A stretch of DNA of 62,205 bases, the filler included, from a bacterium (GTDB taxonomy: Bacteria > UBA9089 > CG2-30-40-21 > SBAY01), in NCBI GenBank assembly GCA_040757115.1. It is 5 parts of 5 records of this genome, joined end to end, with 100 filler letters (N's around TTAATTAATTAA, not from the genome) between each part and the next. Parts side by side here need not be neighbours in the genome. Positions count along the whole stretch, not along the records: positions 1 to 7,680 come from JBFLYA010000178.1; positions 7,781 to 15,369 come from JBFLYA010000179.1; 3 more parts are not named here. One strand, given 5' to 3'. The notes under the pieces were generated by a model. The model ran no database searches. It saw only the letters and a program-made list of their open reading frames with translations, and was not told the origin of the DNA. The number at the start of each line of letters is the position of its first letter. Position 1 is the stretch's first letter. Positions 1-12,250 of this stretch are shown in pieces. A program made the translations under genes and the position numbers.

Positions 1-126
1 TGCATTTTGATATTTATATTTGATATTTAATATTTGATATTTGATATTTATTTGTTGTCTCCCTCAAATCCTATTTTGCAGAACCCTATACACTATTTTA
101 ACCTTTATGCTAGATTAAGACACCAC
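1..126 (-). mobile_element. End of repeated miniature element (TATAGGGTTCTGCAAAA end plus AAATATC heptamer arm)
   Basis: Near-identical reverse complement of 54366-54492; bases 1-31 are identical to 15339-15369. Confidence 0.8.
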
Positions 127-168
127 CTCTCTGTGTCTGTGCGGTGAACGGTTACCTGAATTTTTCCT

Positions 169-342
169 ACCTGTGCGGTTAAATGTAAAATGGATAATGT
201 AAAATGAGAAATGTAAAATGTATAACTGAAAGGTAATGAGTCTTGCGAAGTACTAAAATTTCCCATTTTTCATTTCCTATTTTACATTTTACATTTATTT
301 TTCCTTTGCGTCTCTGCGATGAATTAGTCTAATCGCACAGGT
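169..342. mobile_element. MITE with ACCTGTGC terminal inverted repeats and TGTAAAA arms
   Basis: Ends acctgtgcg...cgcacaggt; near-identical inverted copy at 58970-59134. Confidence 0.8.
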
Positions 343-438
343 GGGGATTTTTCCGTGTTTCATCCGTGTTCATCTGTGGCTGAATAGTTACGATTTGGTT
401 TATAATTCTTCGTGTTCTTCGTGGTGAATAGTTACCCG

Positions 439-3400
439 TTATTTAATAATCCCCAGCTTGCCAATTGCCTTCTGTCCCTGCTCGTTCTTAATCAGGTAGA
501 TATAGACACCTGAGGCAACCTCGCGTGGATTTGTCCAGCCCTCTTCATCTGTGCCATTGTTATGCTCTATCTCCTTGACTAATTCACCCACGATGTTGAA
601 TACCTTAATCGTGCATTGAGCGGTTAATCGCTTGAAATGTAATTGTTGTCCCCTTGAGGCATAGCAGGGGTTGGGATAGACGAACACCCCGGTTAAGTCG
701 CTGGCAGCGGTTATCTTTGATTTGCCTGCGGGGGCAATGTATGACAGATGAGTGATTGTTCCGTAGATGATATTTGCATCTATATCTATATTTGAGTCAG
801 CTACCAATTCCCAGATATTACCATCTGATGATAGATACAACATTAGAGTTCTCTCATCTATATTCCCTAAAACCGCCTCGTCATAGTTAAACATTATCTG
901 CACAGGATTGGTCAGTGTGCCAGTAACCTTATCCCCTGAAGTACCGTAGGCATTTAGTTCCATGCCAATACCGATATTGTGTGGTAGGTGAGCAAGTTGT
1001 CCTGCTTCAAGTTTTATAGGTGGTAATACATAAATAAGGTCTGTCCCAGTACCATATCTTACTGTAGCAGTCCCCCATGTTGCTGTCAAGGTACCTGCCC
1101 AGGTCTTAGCCAGGTCCACAGGATAGCCAACTACCATCCTGACAGAAGCTATATTGGTTCCATAGGTAGCGCTTATTGTGCCAAGTCCAGGCATAGTGGC
1201 ATAAAAGACAGTGCTTGAGCCGTGGGTAAAGAATAACCTACCAATATCTCCTAAAACTTCCCATCTACCCTCGCCATAATCAATCAGGTTATTGTTTATA
1301 TCATAGAATTTTAAAGATAAGGTGTGGGTGCTGCCCAGAGGAACACTCATACCAGTAATCTTCTGATTTAGGATACTTTCTATCTGAATATAATCATATT
1401 CGGGCATGACAATATTAACAACCTCATCAGTAAAACTATTTACAACCCCATCATTTACACTCAATATAAATGTATAGGTTCCAGGAAGTTTGGGTGTAAA
1501 GGTGGGAGTGGCTGTGGCTGAATCAGACAACAAGGATTTTTGAGGATTGCTATCTGCCTCTGTCCAACTGTAAGTAAGTTGGTCTTCATCCGGGTCAAAG
1601 CTTTTGCTACCATCAAGAGATACTATTTCATTGGCATAAGCATATCTATCAACTCCAGCATTGGCTATTGGCTGGCGATTTGTCCAGCAGACAATTGGAT
1701 TTGTAGGGGTAATCTCTGCAACACTGGGAAAATAGACTGTAGCAAAGTTGACTATCTCTGCACCTGCTGGTAGATTACTTTTTGCATTAACTGTAAAGGT
1801 AGAATAGCCGCCTTCTTTAGGACCTACTTCGCCAACATACCAGGTAATACATCTTGTCTTAGAATTATAACTTGCAACAGGGGATACCTGGGAACCATCC
1901 TTTGTGCTAAACATCTCCTTTACCTGGAGGGTAGTTTCATCCAAATCTTCATCTAAAATATCAGTAACATAAACACCATAAGCAATCCCTTCTCCTTCAT
2001 TTTCATATTCAACCTTATAGGTTAGTTCTTGACCGGCTAAGATCTTTCCTTCTTGACCATACTTGGCATTAGGGTCGTGGGGAACATCAACCTGAGTTTG
2101 ACAACCACTTCTGCTACTATCTTTAGCACTAAGATAGTCGCTCATAGCAGAGTCCAAATCTTTCCTGTGGTGAGTGTCCTGCATAATCAGTAAGTTAAGC
2201 CGGCTCTCATAAATATTCCCTCCCAGCGCATTTCTAGCAGAATCTATTGCTTCGCTATAAGTGTCTCCCATTATTTCTGTCTGACTTGCTGCAGCACTTA
2301 GAACACTTGATAATTCTATGACACTGTTTGAATTTGACAGCTCCTTATAGCTCTCGGAGCTTAAATAATTATTGTCATATAAAAAGTCTAAGAAATTCTG
2401 GCCCTCCTTATAGTCATCGTATGCGTCTTGAAGATGCTTCACCTGCCTCATAACCTCCCGCGCGATCCACGTGATAACAATAATCCCCACAATCACCGTA
2501 AACAAACCAACGCCTTTTATCTCAGCATTATCATTATCATTATTTTGTAATAACACCCCTCTGTTATTACCCTCACTACCTCGTAGCTTCTTCATATATT
2601 TCTCTATTGGAAGCTCAAACCTGATTTCAAATCCATCTTGAGTTTCTAAATACTCAAGGCAATCAAGAGAAAGCTCTTCTTGCTCAGGGGTTGTAGTTAC
2701 CGTAGCCTCTGAATAGAGAGTGCCACTGCCGGCCTGACCAGATACATCCATCTTTACCTTCATACGGTTTTCGGTATCTTCAATAACCTGATAGCTTACC
2801 TCTGCAGGGTCAATGGCAGGCTTTTCTATGAGATATGCCATATTATGAATAATGGTACGGGGGGGTATCCCAAAAACAACTTTACACATTGTAGTAAGGT
2901 ATATTATGGTGTGAGGAGGGATTTTTTCTATATTCCAAATTACATTATGTAGCCCATAGTCGTATCTACCGTTACCTGTATTTGACCTATATTCTACATA
3001 AGGTGAGAGTTTTTGGACTATCTTCACATTTTCAGCCTGCTTGGTACCCCTATTTCTGCACATAATTACATATTCTAAGGGACTGCCAGGACTAACAACC
3101 CCTTTTGGTCCCCAGGTGGTTATTTCTAACCTTGGGTGTGGCGGAAGATTCAAATCAACCCTTCCTATGGTAAGAGAAAGCCCCTTATCCTTCTCCAGCA
3201 GACCATACGCTATGCCCTCTAAGGGGCTTGTAAAGAGACCATTTAGATTAAATATACCAGGCGAAACCTTTTTAGCGTAAGTATAACCCTCTCCTTTGCC
3301 TATCTTTGAGGTATACGAAATTATGGAAAAGCCTTTGTTATAATATGGATTTTCTATTGTATTAATCGTCACATTGCTCAGCCCAAGGCTTAAATCTTCG

Positions 3401-6400
3401 TTATAGTCTCCTGTAGTGGTAACCTCTATAAATTTCTCTAAAATATGAAGGCCTACATCAGAGAATTTGGTAGTTGGTCCCTGATACTGAATCTCTCCGG
3501 TTGTGGTAAATGTTGATGAAACTATATCACTATCACCTATTTGACGAACCTTCCAGACTGCAAAATATTTATTATAGATATTACTATCTGAAACAGCCTC
3601 AGAAAGAAACCCTTCTACAAAACCTATAATTTCTCCAGAAAGTGCACCTTTTAGATAAATCCGCTTATCTTCAGGGTCAAAAAGAACAAAGCCTTCCTGA
3701 TTGCCTACATATGTGTCTTCATTCAAGGTTATATTAAACCTGGCTTTATAAAAGCCCTGGTTAGCAAAGGCACCACTTTTTATGGAGACAAATTCAATAT
3801 CGGTCAGATTTAGATTACCCTGAAAGTCTCCTTGAATCAAACCATTATTTAGAACAGCCTTTTCTACCCATACTTCTGCTGTTGAGGAACCTTCTTCTGA
3901 AAATTTCTCTTCAGTAAACTCAAGCTGGTATTCATAGGCACCCATATCTACAATCCCACCTACTATCCGGGGATTGCCATCCTTATCTGTTGTTGGAATA
4001 TCCTGTGCTGAGTTTGTGCCTCTGTTTATGCAAGGTGAGACAACTTTAAGGTGAAAGTCACCACCATTAGAATCAACAAAGAGTGGATTCAAAGAAATAT
4101 TACCCGCACAATCAGCAGTATTATTGAGCCAATTAACATCTCTGACTGTGTCGTTCTCAAGATAATCCCCTGATATATTCTCGAAGAAGCAGTTGTGATT
4201 CACTGGAGGATTTAGATTAGTTACCTGAATACCGTATTGAAAATGACCTATAATGATATTATTTGCTATCCTTGGTGAAGAATTAGAATCACAATAGATA
4301 CCACTTGAATTGTCTACAATGGTGTTGTTGGTGATGGCTGGGGAGGAGAAGTAGCAGTAGATGCCATATTCGCGGTTGTCAGTGATGATGTTGCCTGAAA
4401 TGGGTGGATGGCTGGTAGCAAGATGGATGCCATGACCATTGCTGTTTTTTATAATAGAATTCAGGATATTTGGCGAGGAATTATCACAGCAGATATTACC
4501 CATACTCCCATCACCACCACCATACTCTATCAGGCAATGGTTGATGGTGCCTGTGCCTGCCTTATTAAAGCAGATCCAATTCCAGTAGCTACCCTTAGCC
4601 CTGGTGAAGGTGATCGTGCCTGCACTGCCATCTGCTATCAGGATGCCTGACTCTGACTCTGCAAAGCCACCTATTGTCAATTGTCTGCTATTATCAAGTC
4701 TCACCTCTACCCCTGGCTCAATGGTTAAGCAGGGTGTGCCTGCTCCTTCGACATAGACATCGTCGATAATGACATAGGGAACACCCTGGTTTGTCCAGCT
4801 GCCTGAGGTATTTATTGTATCACCAAACACCTCAATGGCATTTGGGGTATTGTTGGAAAAGGTATTAGAGACTACCTTCCTTACCGAGTTTGCATATATC
4901 CTTATGGGATAGTTGTTATTGTTGGTAAAGGTATTGTCGGAAATATCTGGTGAGGAAGAAGTGCCAGAGCAATAGATGCCATAGGTATCATTCGCCAATA
5001 TTGTGTTATTGGTGATATTTGGCGAGGCATAGTAGCAACAGATGCCATTATTGCTACTGCTTCCAATGGTGCAATTTGTAATAATTGGTGAGGCAGAATA
5101 ACAAGAGATGTTGCCATCGCCACCATATTCAATCAAACAATTGTTTAAGATGCTTGAATCCTCTGCTTTATCATAAAAACAGATGCCATACCAATAACCC
5201 TTGGTTGTCGTTCCATTAGCAGTAAAGGTTACATTATTGGCAATGAGCTTGCCAAAATCATTGGCAGGATTCCCTCCAATGTATAAGCCTTTGTATTGGT
5301 CAAACTTAACCACAACCCCTGGCTCAATGGTTAGGGTTGGTGTGCTTGGTCCTTGGACATAGACATCGCCGGTACCGGTAATTACATAGGGAACATTTTG
5401 GTTTGTCCAGGTGCCTGAGGTATTTATTGTTTCAGCAAGCACCTCAATGGCATTTGGGGTATTGTTGGAAAAGGTATTAGAGACTACCTTCCTTACCGAG
5501 TTTGCATATATCCTTATGGGATAGTTGTTATTGTTGGTAAAGGTATTGTTGGAAATATCCGGGGAGGAAGAAGCGTCGTAGCAATAGATGCCATAATTGC
5601 TGCTGCTTCCAATAGTGCAATTTGTAATAATTGGCGAGGCAGAATCACAATAGATGTTGCCAATACCACCATAGCCACCATATTCAATCAAGCAATTGTT
5701 TAGGGTACTTGAATCCTCTGCTTTATCATAAAAACAGATGCCATCCCAATAACCCTTGGTTGTCGTTCCATTAGCAGTAAAGGTTGCACTATTAGCAATG
5801 AGCTTGCCAAATTCATTGGCATAATTCCCTCCAATCTCTAAGTTCGTGTATTGATTAAACTTAACCACAACCCCTGGCTCAATGGTTAGGGTTGGTGTGG
5901 CTGCTCCTTTGACATAGACATCGCCGGTAATGATATATGGAACACCCTGGTCTGTCCAGGTGCCTGAGGTATTTATTGTATCAGAAAGCACCTCAATGGC
6001 ATTTGGGTTGTTGTTGGAAAAGGTGTTATTGACTACCTTCCTTACCGAGTTTGCCCCTATCCTTATGGGATAGTTGTTATTGTTGGTAAAGGTATTGTCG
6101 GAAATATCGGGAGATGAGTCAGCATTGTAGCAATAGATGCCATAGGTATCATTCGCCAATATGGTGTTGTCGGTGATATTTGGCGAGGAGTTGACGCAAT
6201 AGATGCCATTATTGCTACTGCTTCCAATCGTGCAATTTGTAATAATTGGTGAGGCAGAATCACAATAGATGTTGCCAAGATTACCATAGCCACCATATTC
6301 AATCAAACAATTGTTTAAGATGCTTGAATCCTCTGCTTTATCATAAAAACAGATGCCATCCCAATAACCCTTGGTTGTCGTTCCATTAGCAGTAAAGGTT

Positions 6401-7290
6401 GCACTATTAGCAATGAGCTTGCCAAATTCATTGGCATAATTCCCTCCAATCTCTAAGTTCGTGTATTGATTAAACTTAACCACAACCCCTGGCTCAATGG
6501 TTAGGGTTGGTGTGGCTGCTCCTTTGACATAGACATCGCCGGTAATGATATATGGAACACCCTGGTCTGTCCAGGTGCCTGAGGTATTTATTGTATCAGA
6601 AAGCACCTCAATGGCATTTGGGTTGTTGTTGGAAAAGGTGTTATTGACTACCTTCCTTACCGAGTTTGCCCCTATCCTTATGGGATAGTTGTTATTGTTG
6701 GTAAAGGTATTGTCGGAAATATCGGGAGATGAGTCAGCATTGTAGCAATAGATGCCATAGGTATCATTCGCCAATATGGTGTTGTCGGTGATATTTGGCG
6801 AGGAGTTGACGCAATAGATGCCATTATTGCTACTGCTTCCAATCGTGCAATTTGTAATAATTGGTGAGGCAGAATCACAATAGATGTTGCCAAGATTACC
6901 ATAGCCACCATATTCAATCAAACAATTGTTTAAGATGCTTGAATCCTCTGCTTTATCATAAAAACAGATGCCATTCCAATAGCCTTTGCTTGGTGTTCCT
7001 TGATTAGAGGTAAAGGTTGCATTATTGGCAATGATCTTGCCAAAGTTATTATATCCAATGTATAAGCCTACTATGTATTGGTCAAACTTAACTATAACCC
7101 CTGGCTCAATGGTTAGGGTTGGTGTGTTTGACCCTTGGACATAGACATCGCCGGTAACGATGTAAGGGCTTCCTGCCAAAGTCCAGGTTGCACTCTCAGA
7201 GATAACCCCTGATACATCTGTGCCATAAGCCATCTGGCTTATACTTCCCAAAACCATTCCCAAAACTACCACACTAAAGATTTTCTTCAT
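439..7290 (-). CDS. Giant secreted/surface protein: signal peptide, five right-handed beta-helix modules, choice-of-anchor-Q-like motif, DUF11-like and DPN-motif domains, PKD-like domain, C-terminal FlgD/T9SS-like sorting domain
   Basis: 2283-aa ORF; five S(A/G)(T/S)WT..PY modules; [49 protein letters not shown] terminus; GGAGG RBS. Confidence 0.85.
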   Translation of the reverse strand: MKKIFSVVVLGMVLGSISQMAYGTDVSGVISESATWTLAGSPYIVTGDVYVQGSNTPTLTIEPGVIVKFDQYIVGLYIGYNNFGKIIANNATFTSNQGTPSKGYWNGICFYDKAEDSSILNNCLIEYGGYGNLGNIYCDSASPIITNCTIGSSSNNGIYCVNSSPNITDNTILANDTYGIYCYNADSSPDISDNTFTNNNNYPIRIGANSVRKVVNNTFSNNNPNAIEVLSDTINTSGTWTDQGVPYIITGDVYVKGAATPTLTIEPGVVVKFNQYTNLEIGGNYANEFGKLIANSATFTANGTTTKGYWDGICFYDKAEDSSILNNCLIEYGGYGNLGNIYCDSASPIITNCTIGSSSNNGIYCVNSSPNITDNTILANDTYGIYCYNADSSPDISDNTFTNNNNYPIRIGANSVRKVVNNTFSNNNPNAIEVLSDTINTSGTWTDQGVPYIITGDVYVKGAATPTLTIEPGVVVKFNQYTNLEIGGNYANEFGKLIANSATFTANGTTTKGYWDGICFYDKAEDSSTLNNCLIEYGGYGGIGNIYCDSASPIITNCTIGSSSNYGIYCYDASSSPDISNNTFTNNNNYPIRIYANSVRKVVSNTFSNNTPNAIEVLAETINTSGTWTNQNVPYVITGTGDVYVQGPSTPTLTIEPGVVVKFDQYKGLYIGGNPANDFGKLIANNVTFTANGTTTKGYWYGICFYDKAEDSSILNNCLIEYGGDGNISCYSASPIITNCTIGSSSNNGICCYYASPNITNNTILANDTYGIYCSGTSSSPDISDNTFTNNNNYPIRIYANSVRKVVSNTFSNNTPNAIEVFGDTINTSGSWTNQGVPYVIIDDVYVEGAGTPCLTIEPGVEVRLDNSRQLTIGGFAESESGILIADGSAGTITFTRAKGSYWNWICFNKAGTGTINHCLIEYGGGDGSMGNICCDNSSPNILNSIIKNSNGHGIHLATSHPPISGNIITDNREYGIYCYFSSPAITNNTIVDNSSGIYCDSNSSPRIANNIIIGHFQYGIQVTNLNPPVNHNCFFENISGDYLENDTVRDVNWLNNTADCAGNISLNPLFVDSNGGDFHLKVVSPCINRGTNSAQDIPTTDKDGNPRIVGGIVDMGAYEYQLEFTEEKFSEEGSSTAEVWVEKAVLNNGLIQGDFQGNLNLTDIEFVSIKSGAFANQGFYKARFNITLNEDTYVGNQEGFVLFDPEDKRIYLKGALSGEIIGFVEGFLSEAVSDSNIYNKYFAVWKVRQIGDSDIVSSTFTTTGEIQYQGPTTKFSDVGLHILEKFIEVTTTGDYNEDLSLGLSNVTINTIENPYYNKGFSIISYTSKIGKGEGYTYAKKVSPGIFNLNGLFTSPLEGIAYGLLEKDKGLSLTIGRVDLNLPPHPRLEITTWGPKGVVSPGSPLEYVIMCRNRGTKQAENVKIVQKLSPYVEYRSNTGNGRYDYGLHNVIWNIEKIPPHTIIYLTTMCKVVFGIPPRTIIHNMAYLIEKPAIDPAEVSYQVIEDTENRMKVKMDVSGQAGSGTLYSEATVTTTPEQEELSLDCLEYLETQDGFEIRFELPIEKYMKKLRGSEGNNRGVLLQNNDNDNAEIKGVGLFTVIVGIIVITWIAREVMRQVKHLQDAYDDYKEGQNFLDFLYDNNYLSSESYKELSNSNSVIELSSVLSAAASQTEIMGDTYSEAIDSARNALGGNIYESRLNLLIMQDTHHRKDLDSAMSDYLSAKDSSRSGCQTQVDVPHDPNAKYGQEGKILAGQELTYKVEYENEGEGIAYGVYVTDILDEDLDETTLQVKEMFSTKDGSQVSPVASYNSKTRCITWYVGEVGPKEGGYSTFTVNAKSNLPAGAEIVNFATVYFPSVAEITPTNPIVCWTNRQPIANAGVDRYAYANEIVSLDGSKSFDPDEDQLTYSWTEADSNPQKSLLSDSATATPTFTPKLPGTYTFILSVNDGVVNSFTDEVVNIVMPEYDYIQIESILNQKITGMSVPLGSTHTLSLKFYDINNNLIDYGEGRWEVLGDIGRLFFTHGSSTVFYATMPGLGTISATYGTNIASVRMVVGYPVDLAKTWAGTLTATWGTATVRYGTGTDLIYVLPPIKLEAGQLAHLPHNIGIGMELNAYGTSGDKVTGTLTNPVQIMFNYDEAVLGNIDERTLMLYLSSDGNIWELVADSNIDIDANIIYGTITHLSYIAPAGKSKITAASDLTGVFVYPNPCYASRGQQLHFKRLTAQCTIKVFNIVGELVKEIEHNNGTDEEGWTNPREVASGVYIYLIKNEQGQKAIGKLGIIK
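5708..6974. repeat. Near-exact 615-bp intragenic tandem duplication (boundaries approximate)
   Basis: Alternative-frame ORFs 6063-6302 and 6678-6917 are identical and offset by 615 nt. Confidence 0.85.
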
Positions 7291-7457
7291 CTTTTTTTAC
7301 CTCCATTTTCAAAACACGAATAATATTTCTCGCAAAGACGCAAAGGTTACAATATTTTTGACAGGATGAACAAGATTAACGAGATTTTCATCTTGTAACT
7401 CCTGTAACTACCTTACCTTGCGTCATTAGCGCCTTTGCGAGAGAATTTACCAAAGAC

Positions 7458-7490
7458 AAAAAAAGCACAGTCCAATTAATTACTGTGCTT
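7458..7490 (-). terminator. Intrinsic terminator in the leader of the giant protein gene
   Basis: AAGCACAGT / 10-nt loop / ACTGTGCTT with a T7 run on the minus strand. Confidence 0.7.
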
Positions 7491-7521
7491 ATATTCTCCT
7501 AACTCTATGTCCTGCAACAGG

Positions 7522-7578
7522 TTAGAATGACTCTCTCTCTGTGTATGTATGTATGTATGTTCTGTTAGCGTTATCCAT
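7522..7578 (-). CDS. Putative 18-aa leader peptide MDNANRTYIHTYTERESF containing (ATAC)4 and (AG)5 microsatellites
   Basis: AAAGGAG RBS before ATG; TATAAT at 7671-7666; lies between promoter and terminator. Confidence 0.55.
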   Translation of the reverse strand: MDNANRTYIHTYTERESF

Positions 7579-7680
7579 CTCTTCTCCTTTAACAGATTCT
7601 ACATCTTAATCTCTTTTTACCTTGATTCGGTTCATCATTATTTAAGTGGCTGACCCCTTACCCTAATTATATCTCAATAT

Positions 7681-7780
7681 NNNNNNNNNNNNNNNNNNNN
7701 NNNNNNNNNNNNNNNNNNNNNNNNTTAATTAATTAANNNNNNNNNNNNNNNNNNNNNNNNNNNNNNNNNNNNNNNNNNNN
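7681..7780. other. Artificial contig linker
   Basis: N-run with TTAATTAATTAA (stops in all six frames). Confidence 0.97.
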
Positions 7781-8478
7781 GTCCATTTCCTTTCTATTTT
7801 TTCCATTATATCACGGAGATTTGGACAATCCAGACAAAAGATTACCCGTCCATAAAACGGAACTTTGTTCATAAATGTAAGAAATGCAAGTTTAATTTCA
7901 TCTAAATCCTTATAAAAATCAAGGTGTTCACGGTCAATATTAGTTACAACAGAGATGATGGGCGAAAGTTTTAAGAAACTTCCATCACTTTCATCTGTTT
8001 CTGCAACCATATATTCAGAATTACCCAATCGGGCATTACTTCCAATATCGTTAAATCTGCCGCCAACGACAACAGTTGGGTCGAATTCGGCTTTAGTTAA
8101 AATTAATGAAATCATTGAGGTTGTGGTTGTTTTGCCATGTGCGCCGGCAATGGCAATCCCATATTTAAGCCGCATCAACTCGGCAAGCATCTCCGCACGA
8201 GGGATAACTGGTATTCGCTTAGATTTAGCATACGCTACCTCCACATTATCCTCACTAACCGCAGAAGAATAAACTACAACATCTACATCTTTAATATTAT
8301 TAGCATTATGTCCATAATATATTTTTCCACCTAACATTTCAAGCCTTTTCGTGGTATCACCGGGATGAATATCTGACCCACTTACCTGGCATTTCAGATT
8401 TAACAACACCTCAGCAATACCACTCATACCACTACCACCGATACCAATTAAATGTATATGTTGGCCTTGTTTAAACAT
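7781..8478 (-). CDS. murC: UDP-N-acetylmuramate-L-alanine ligase, partial at contig end
   Basis: [39 protein letters not shown]; start set at MFKQG. Confidence 0.95.
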
Positions 8479-8509
8479 CCTTGCTACCTCTTTTGTGTAA
8501 AAATATTTC

Positions 8510-9637
8510 TTATATAACAATTTCTTTTACAAATGATGTTATATATTCTTTAAATAAAGGGTCGCTTAATTCATATTGACCTTTATCTATTTTTTTCAAA
8601 TAGCCTAACATTTCTAATTGAGATGTAATGTAATAAATCTGTTGTCGTTCTAAGTGGCGCAAATTATATGGGTTAGAATTACCTGAGGCGATAAAGCGGA
8701 TTACTTCTAAAAAATTCTTCTTTGTTTTAAGTTTCTCCCATATTTGTTCAAAATATACTCTTTCAGTATTCAATGTTTCCTGGATGGCGATATCAATATC
8801 TTCTTTAGTGATTATTTGTCCATTTCTTAATAAGTAAATATTTTGGCAGAGTAATTGAGTATAGTAAGGATGTCCCCAAACCCTATCAATTATCTCACCA
8901 GCGAGTTCATCGGAGATAATGATATTTTCCTGGGAAAATTTAGATATAATATACTTAACTAAAGGTGCTTTAGGAAGTAAATCTAAATGGATAACTCGAG
9001 CAAATCTGAAAAATGCAGATTTAGAATTAGAGAATAAGTTAATCATAATACTTTCTTGACTTCCAGAGAAAACATAGACTACCTTTTCTTGCATTTGAAG
9101 TATTGCCCGCATCCTCTTTATTAACATCTCTCCATTTAGTTTAACTAAATCCCCAAATTCATCATAGACCATTAATAAATTAACATTATTTTTACTTGCA
9201 TAATCTTCTGGAAATTGTAATGCCTCATCAAGTAACATTAATTCGTCTATCTTAGTTTCTCCGAATTTTAATATAAACTCGAAATCTTCGATTATCTGTT
9301 TAAATTCTATTCGCTTCATCCATTGACTTAATCCTTCTTTAATTGTTTTAACAAACTGACTAATTTTTTTATTTTCTATAACCGTATCTACAATTTTTTC
9401 AGCAAGTTCTTGTTTAGATATGACTCTAAATATATCTACATACCCACAAAGATATTTTTCTTGTTTTATCCTCTGGATAACTTCTAAGACTAAAGATGTC
9501 TTTCCATATCTTCGAGGAGCAATAATCGCAACACTTTGTCCAATTTTAAGCAATTGACAAATTTTTTCAATCTCTTTTTCACGACCGACTAAGTCATCTC
9601 CCCTAACCGGAATACCCACAGGGAAAAGTCTTTTCAT
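8510..9637 (-). CDS. P-loop ATPase (archaeal-ATPase/AAA type, probable C-terminal winged helix)
   Basis: LVGREKE, Walker [10 protein letters not shown], Walker [15 protein letters not shown]. Confidence 0.8.
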   Translation of the reverse strand: MKRLFPVGIPVRGDDLVGREKEIEKICQLLKIGQSVAIIAPRRYGKTSLVLEVIQRIKQEKYLCGYVDIFRVISKQELAEKIVDTVIENKKISQFVKTIKEGLSQWMKRIEFKQIIEDFEFILKFGETKIDELMLLDEALQFPEDYASKNNVNLLMVYDEFGDLVKLNGEMLIKRMRAILQMQEKVVYVFSGSQESIMINLFSNSKSAFFRFARVIHLDLLPKAPLVKYIISKFSQENIIISDELAGEIIDRVWGHPYYTQLLCQNIYLLRNGQIITKEDIDIAIQETLNTERVYFEQIWEKLKTKKNFLEVIRFIASGNSNPYNLRHLERQQIYYITSQLEMLGYLKKIDKGQYELSDPLFKEYITSFVKEIVI

Positions 9638-9665
9638 CCTACACTCCTTTCTTTAAAGAATAAAT

Positions 9666-9823
9666 GTAAGCGTTCAGCCATCAGGTATCAGCAATCAGTT
9701 AACATCCAGGAAATCAGGATAGTAACAAATCCTACAATTTTGCGTAAATGGTGTCTATGTGTCTGGTAGTCTATGTAACCCAGACACTTAGACACCCAGA
9801 TACCAGACTACCTGAACGGTTAC
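9666..9823. mobile_element. IS66-type MITE with perfect 8-bp target duplication GAATAAAT
   Basis: Ends GTAAGCGTTCAG...CTGAACGGTTAC; direct repeats at 9658-9665 and 9824-9831; 9751-9823 recurs inverted at 30894-30966. Confidence 0.9.
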
Positions 9824-10872
9824 GAATAAATAATATTAACCACATTTTGGGTTGCATCTGCCGTTTTAAGCGGCTGATAATTTTCAGCCATTATTTTGAG
9901 TTTATGACGATTTTCGATTAACTCAATAATAATCTTGCCTAAATTTTCAGATGATAGTTCTCTATCTTTTATCATTATTGCCGTTCCCTTTTCCACCAGA
10001 GGTCTGGCGTTATATTCCTGATGATTATCTGTGGCATAGGGATATGGGATTAAAATTGCTGGCAAATTACAAGCAATAATTTCCGCGATGGTTGTTGCTC
10101 CGGCTCGACAGATAACCAAATCTGCCACTTGATACGCTACGGGTAAATCATAAAAAAACTTTTCAACGACTATTTTTACTTTTGATTTTGTTTCCTTTAT
10201 GACTTGATAATCTTCCTCCCCGGTTGCCCAAATTATTTGTATTTTATCATCTGGGAGAAGATTTAGTGTTTGTTTCATCACCTCATTAATTTTATGTGCC
10301 CCTTTGCTTCCGCCAAAGACAAGCAAGGTAAATTTATCTCCACTTATCTCAAATCTCTTTAGTGCCTCCTGTCTATTTATCTGTCCAATCTGTAATCTAA
10401 CGGGATTGCCTGTTAGCACGGTTTTTTTCGTGGGTAGAAATCGATTAGAATCGGCAAAACTAATGGCTATTTTATCGACAAATTTAGCCAGCAAGCGAGT
10501 GGCTTTACCAGGAATAAAATTTTGCTCATGAATAACGGTTTTAATCTTAAATAAGACTGCTCCTAAGACTACAGGAACTGAGGCATAACCTCCCATTCCC
10601 AGAACAATATCTGGTTTAAACTCTATAAGATACCTTATCCCGACAAAAAAGGTTTTTATTAGTTTAATGAAAAACTTAATTTTATTTTTTCCAGTCCAGC
10701 CTTCGACATCAAGCCCTTTAAATTTAAACCCTTGTTTTTGAAGGATATCTGACTCAATCCCTTTTGTGGTACCTATAAATAAAATCTCGGTCTTTTCTTT
10801 TAATCTCTCGGCAATTGCCAGAGCCGGGTAGATATGTCCTAATGTCCCACCGCCTGTAATTATAATCCGCAT
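9820..10872 (-). CDS. murG: Lipid II N-acetylglucosaminyltransferase
   Basis: GGGTLGHIYPA, GGYAS, HEQN, GNPVR, GGSKGA, RAGATT. Confidence 0.96.
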   Translation of the reverse strand: MRIIITGGGTLGHIYPALAIAERLKEKTEILFIGTTKGIESDILQKQGFKFKGLDVEGWTGKNKIKFFIKLIKTFFVGIRYLIEFKPDIVLGMGGYASVPVVLGAVLFKIKTVIHEQNFIPGKATRLLAKFVDKIAISFADSNRFLPTKKTVLTGNPVRLQIGQINRQEALKRFEISGDKFTLLVFGGSKGAHKINEVMKQTLNLLPDDKIQIIWATGEEDYQVIKETKSKVKIVVEKFFYDLPVAYQVADLVICRAGATTIAEIIACNLPAILIPYPYATDNHQEYNARPLVEKGTAIMIKDRELSSENLGKIIIELIENRHKLKIMAENYQPLKTADATQNVVNIIYS

Positions 10873-10893
10873 TTTACCCTATGCCTCTTCTAC

Positions 10894-12018
10894 CTACTGA
10901 TGCAATCTACTGGTGAATGATTGTTGTAACGAGTACTTAGCGATATTTAAAATAATTCCCACTCCAATCATATTAATAAGTAAAGATGAACCGCCAAAAC
11001 TAATAAAAGGTAATGGCATTCCTGTAGTTGGAACTACGCCTGTAACGACACCGATATTGAGAAGTGATTGCAGGATAATTAAAGCCGTTATCCCAAATGC
11101 CAATAATGAGCCATAAGCATCTGCGGCTAAAAGACTAATTTTTAATCCCGCAAAGGCAAATAGTACAAATAGAATAATAACAAAGGCTGTCAGTAAAAAT
11201 CCACCTTCTTCGCCGATGACCGCAAAGATGAAATCTGTCGATGATTGAGGCAAGTAAAATAATTTTAACTTACCTTCACCTAATCCCTGTCCATATAGTC
11301 CTCCAGAACCTAAGGCAATTAATGACTGAATAATGTGGTAACCTTTATGCTCGGGGTCTGCCCAGGGGTTTAAAAATACCATTAATCTTCTGGCTCGATA
11401 TGGAGCACATTGAATTAAAAAATAAACTGTTGGAATAGCCAATAATACCAGCGCTATTAAATATTGCATCCTACACCCGCCGACAAATAAAATAGACACT
11501 GTCGCCATACCTAAAAGAACAACCATTCCCAGATGAGGTTGTTTTAATAGAATTACGGAAACAAGTCCTAAAAGTAACAAAGGGGGCAGAAATCCTTTAA
11601 AAAGCCCCTGAAATTCTTTTCCTCGACGAACTATAAAATCAGTCAAATAAATGATAAAGATAATTCTCATTAATTCTGATGGTTGAAAACTTATAAACCA
11701 TATTTTTAGCCATCTTGTTGCCCCACTTATCTCATATCCTATGCCAGGGATGATAGTCAGGCTAATTAAACATACCCCAAAAAGAAATAATTGCCAACTT
11801 CTCTTTTGTAACTTATGATAATTAAATTTCCAGGCACAAAAAAGTCCAATTAGCCCCATTGTCACCCAGATAAGTTGTCTTTTAAAAAAATAATATGTGT
11901 CACCAGTATGTTGTTTAGCAAAGATAGCACTGGAACTATAAATCATCAACACACCAATCCCCACCAAGGTAATCGTGATTAAAAATAATGCAATATCCAC
12001 TCGTGATTTTGACGCCAT
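10894..12018 (-). CDS. ftsW: SEDS peptidoglycan polymerase
   Basis: GATRW, FQPSE, TDFIFAVIGEE, PTTGMPLPFISFGGSS; dcw context. Confidence 0.94.
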   Translation of the reverse strand: MASKSRVDIALFLITITLVGIGVLMIYSSSAIFAKQHTGDTYYFFKRQLIWVTMGLIGLFCAWKFNYHKLQKRSWQLFLFGVCLISLTIIPGIGYEISGATRWLKIWFISFQPSELMRIIFIIYLTDFIVRRGKEFQGLFKGFLPPLLLLGLVSVILLKQPHLGMVVLLGMATVSILFVGGCRMQYLIALVLLAIPTVYFLIQCAPYRARRLMVFLNPWADPEHKGYHIIQSLIALGSGGLYGQGLGEGKLKLFYLPQSSTDFIFAVIGEEGGFLLTAFVIILFVLFAFAGLKISLLAADAYGSLLAFGITALIILQSLLNIGVVTGVVPTTGMPLPFISFGGSSLLINMIGVGIILNIAKYSLQQSFTSRLHQ

Positions 12019-12038
12019 ATAATCCTCCTTGAGTATGT

Positions 12039-12250
12039 TATAGCACTTATTAATCGAAATTTGACCCAGATATGGCTATGAAATTCCAAATCACAAATTC
12101 CAAATTCCAAACAAATTCGAATGACCAAAATTCAAAACATTACCTCCCATAGTTTGGTATTTAGTACTTGAAATTTGGTGCTTATTTGAAATTTGGTGCT
12201 TGGGATTTGGGATTTTTTACTTATCCACCCTGAGTATAATAACTGCTATA
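12039..12250. mobile_element. MITE with TATAGCA(C/G)TTATTA inverted ends and AAATTCC arms
   Basis: Inverted homolog at 61171-61401; same ends at 43156-43379. Confidence 0.8.

Noticed and set aside
4902-6917. Repeated 76-79-aa ORFs
   Set aside because: Alternative-frame shadows of the beta-helix repeats; the other short antisense ORFs inside core genes were rejected likewise.
7681-7780. TTAATTAATTAA palindrome within N-runs (four occurrences)
   Set aside because: Artificial contig spacer; adjacency across it is not biological.
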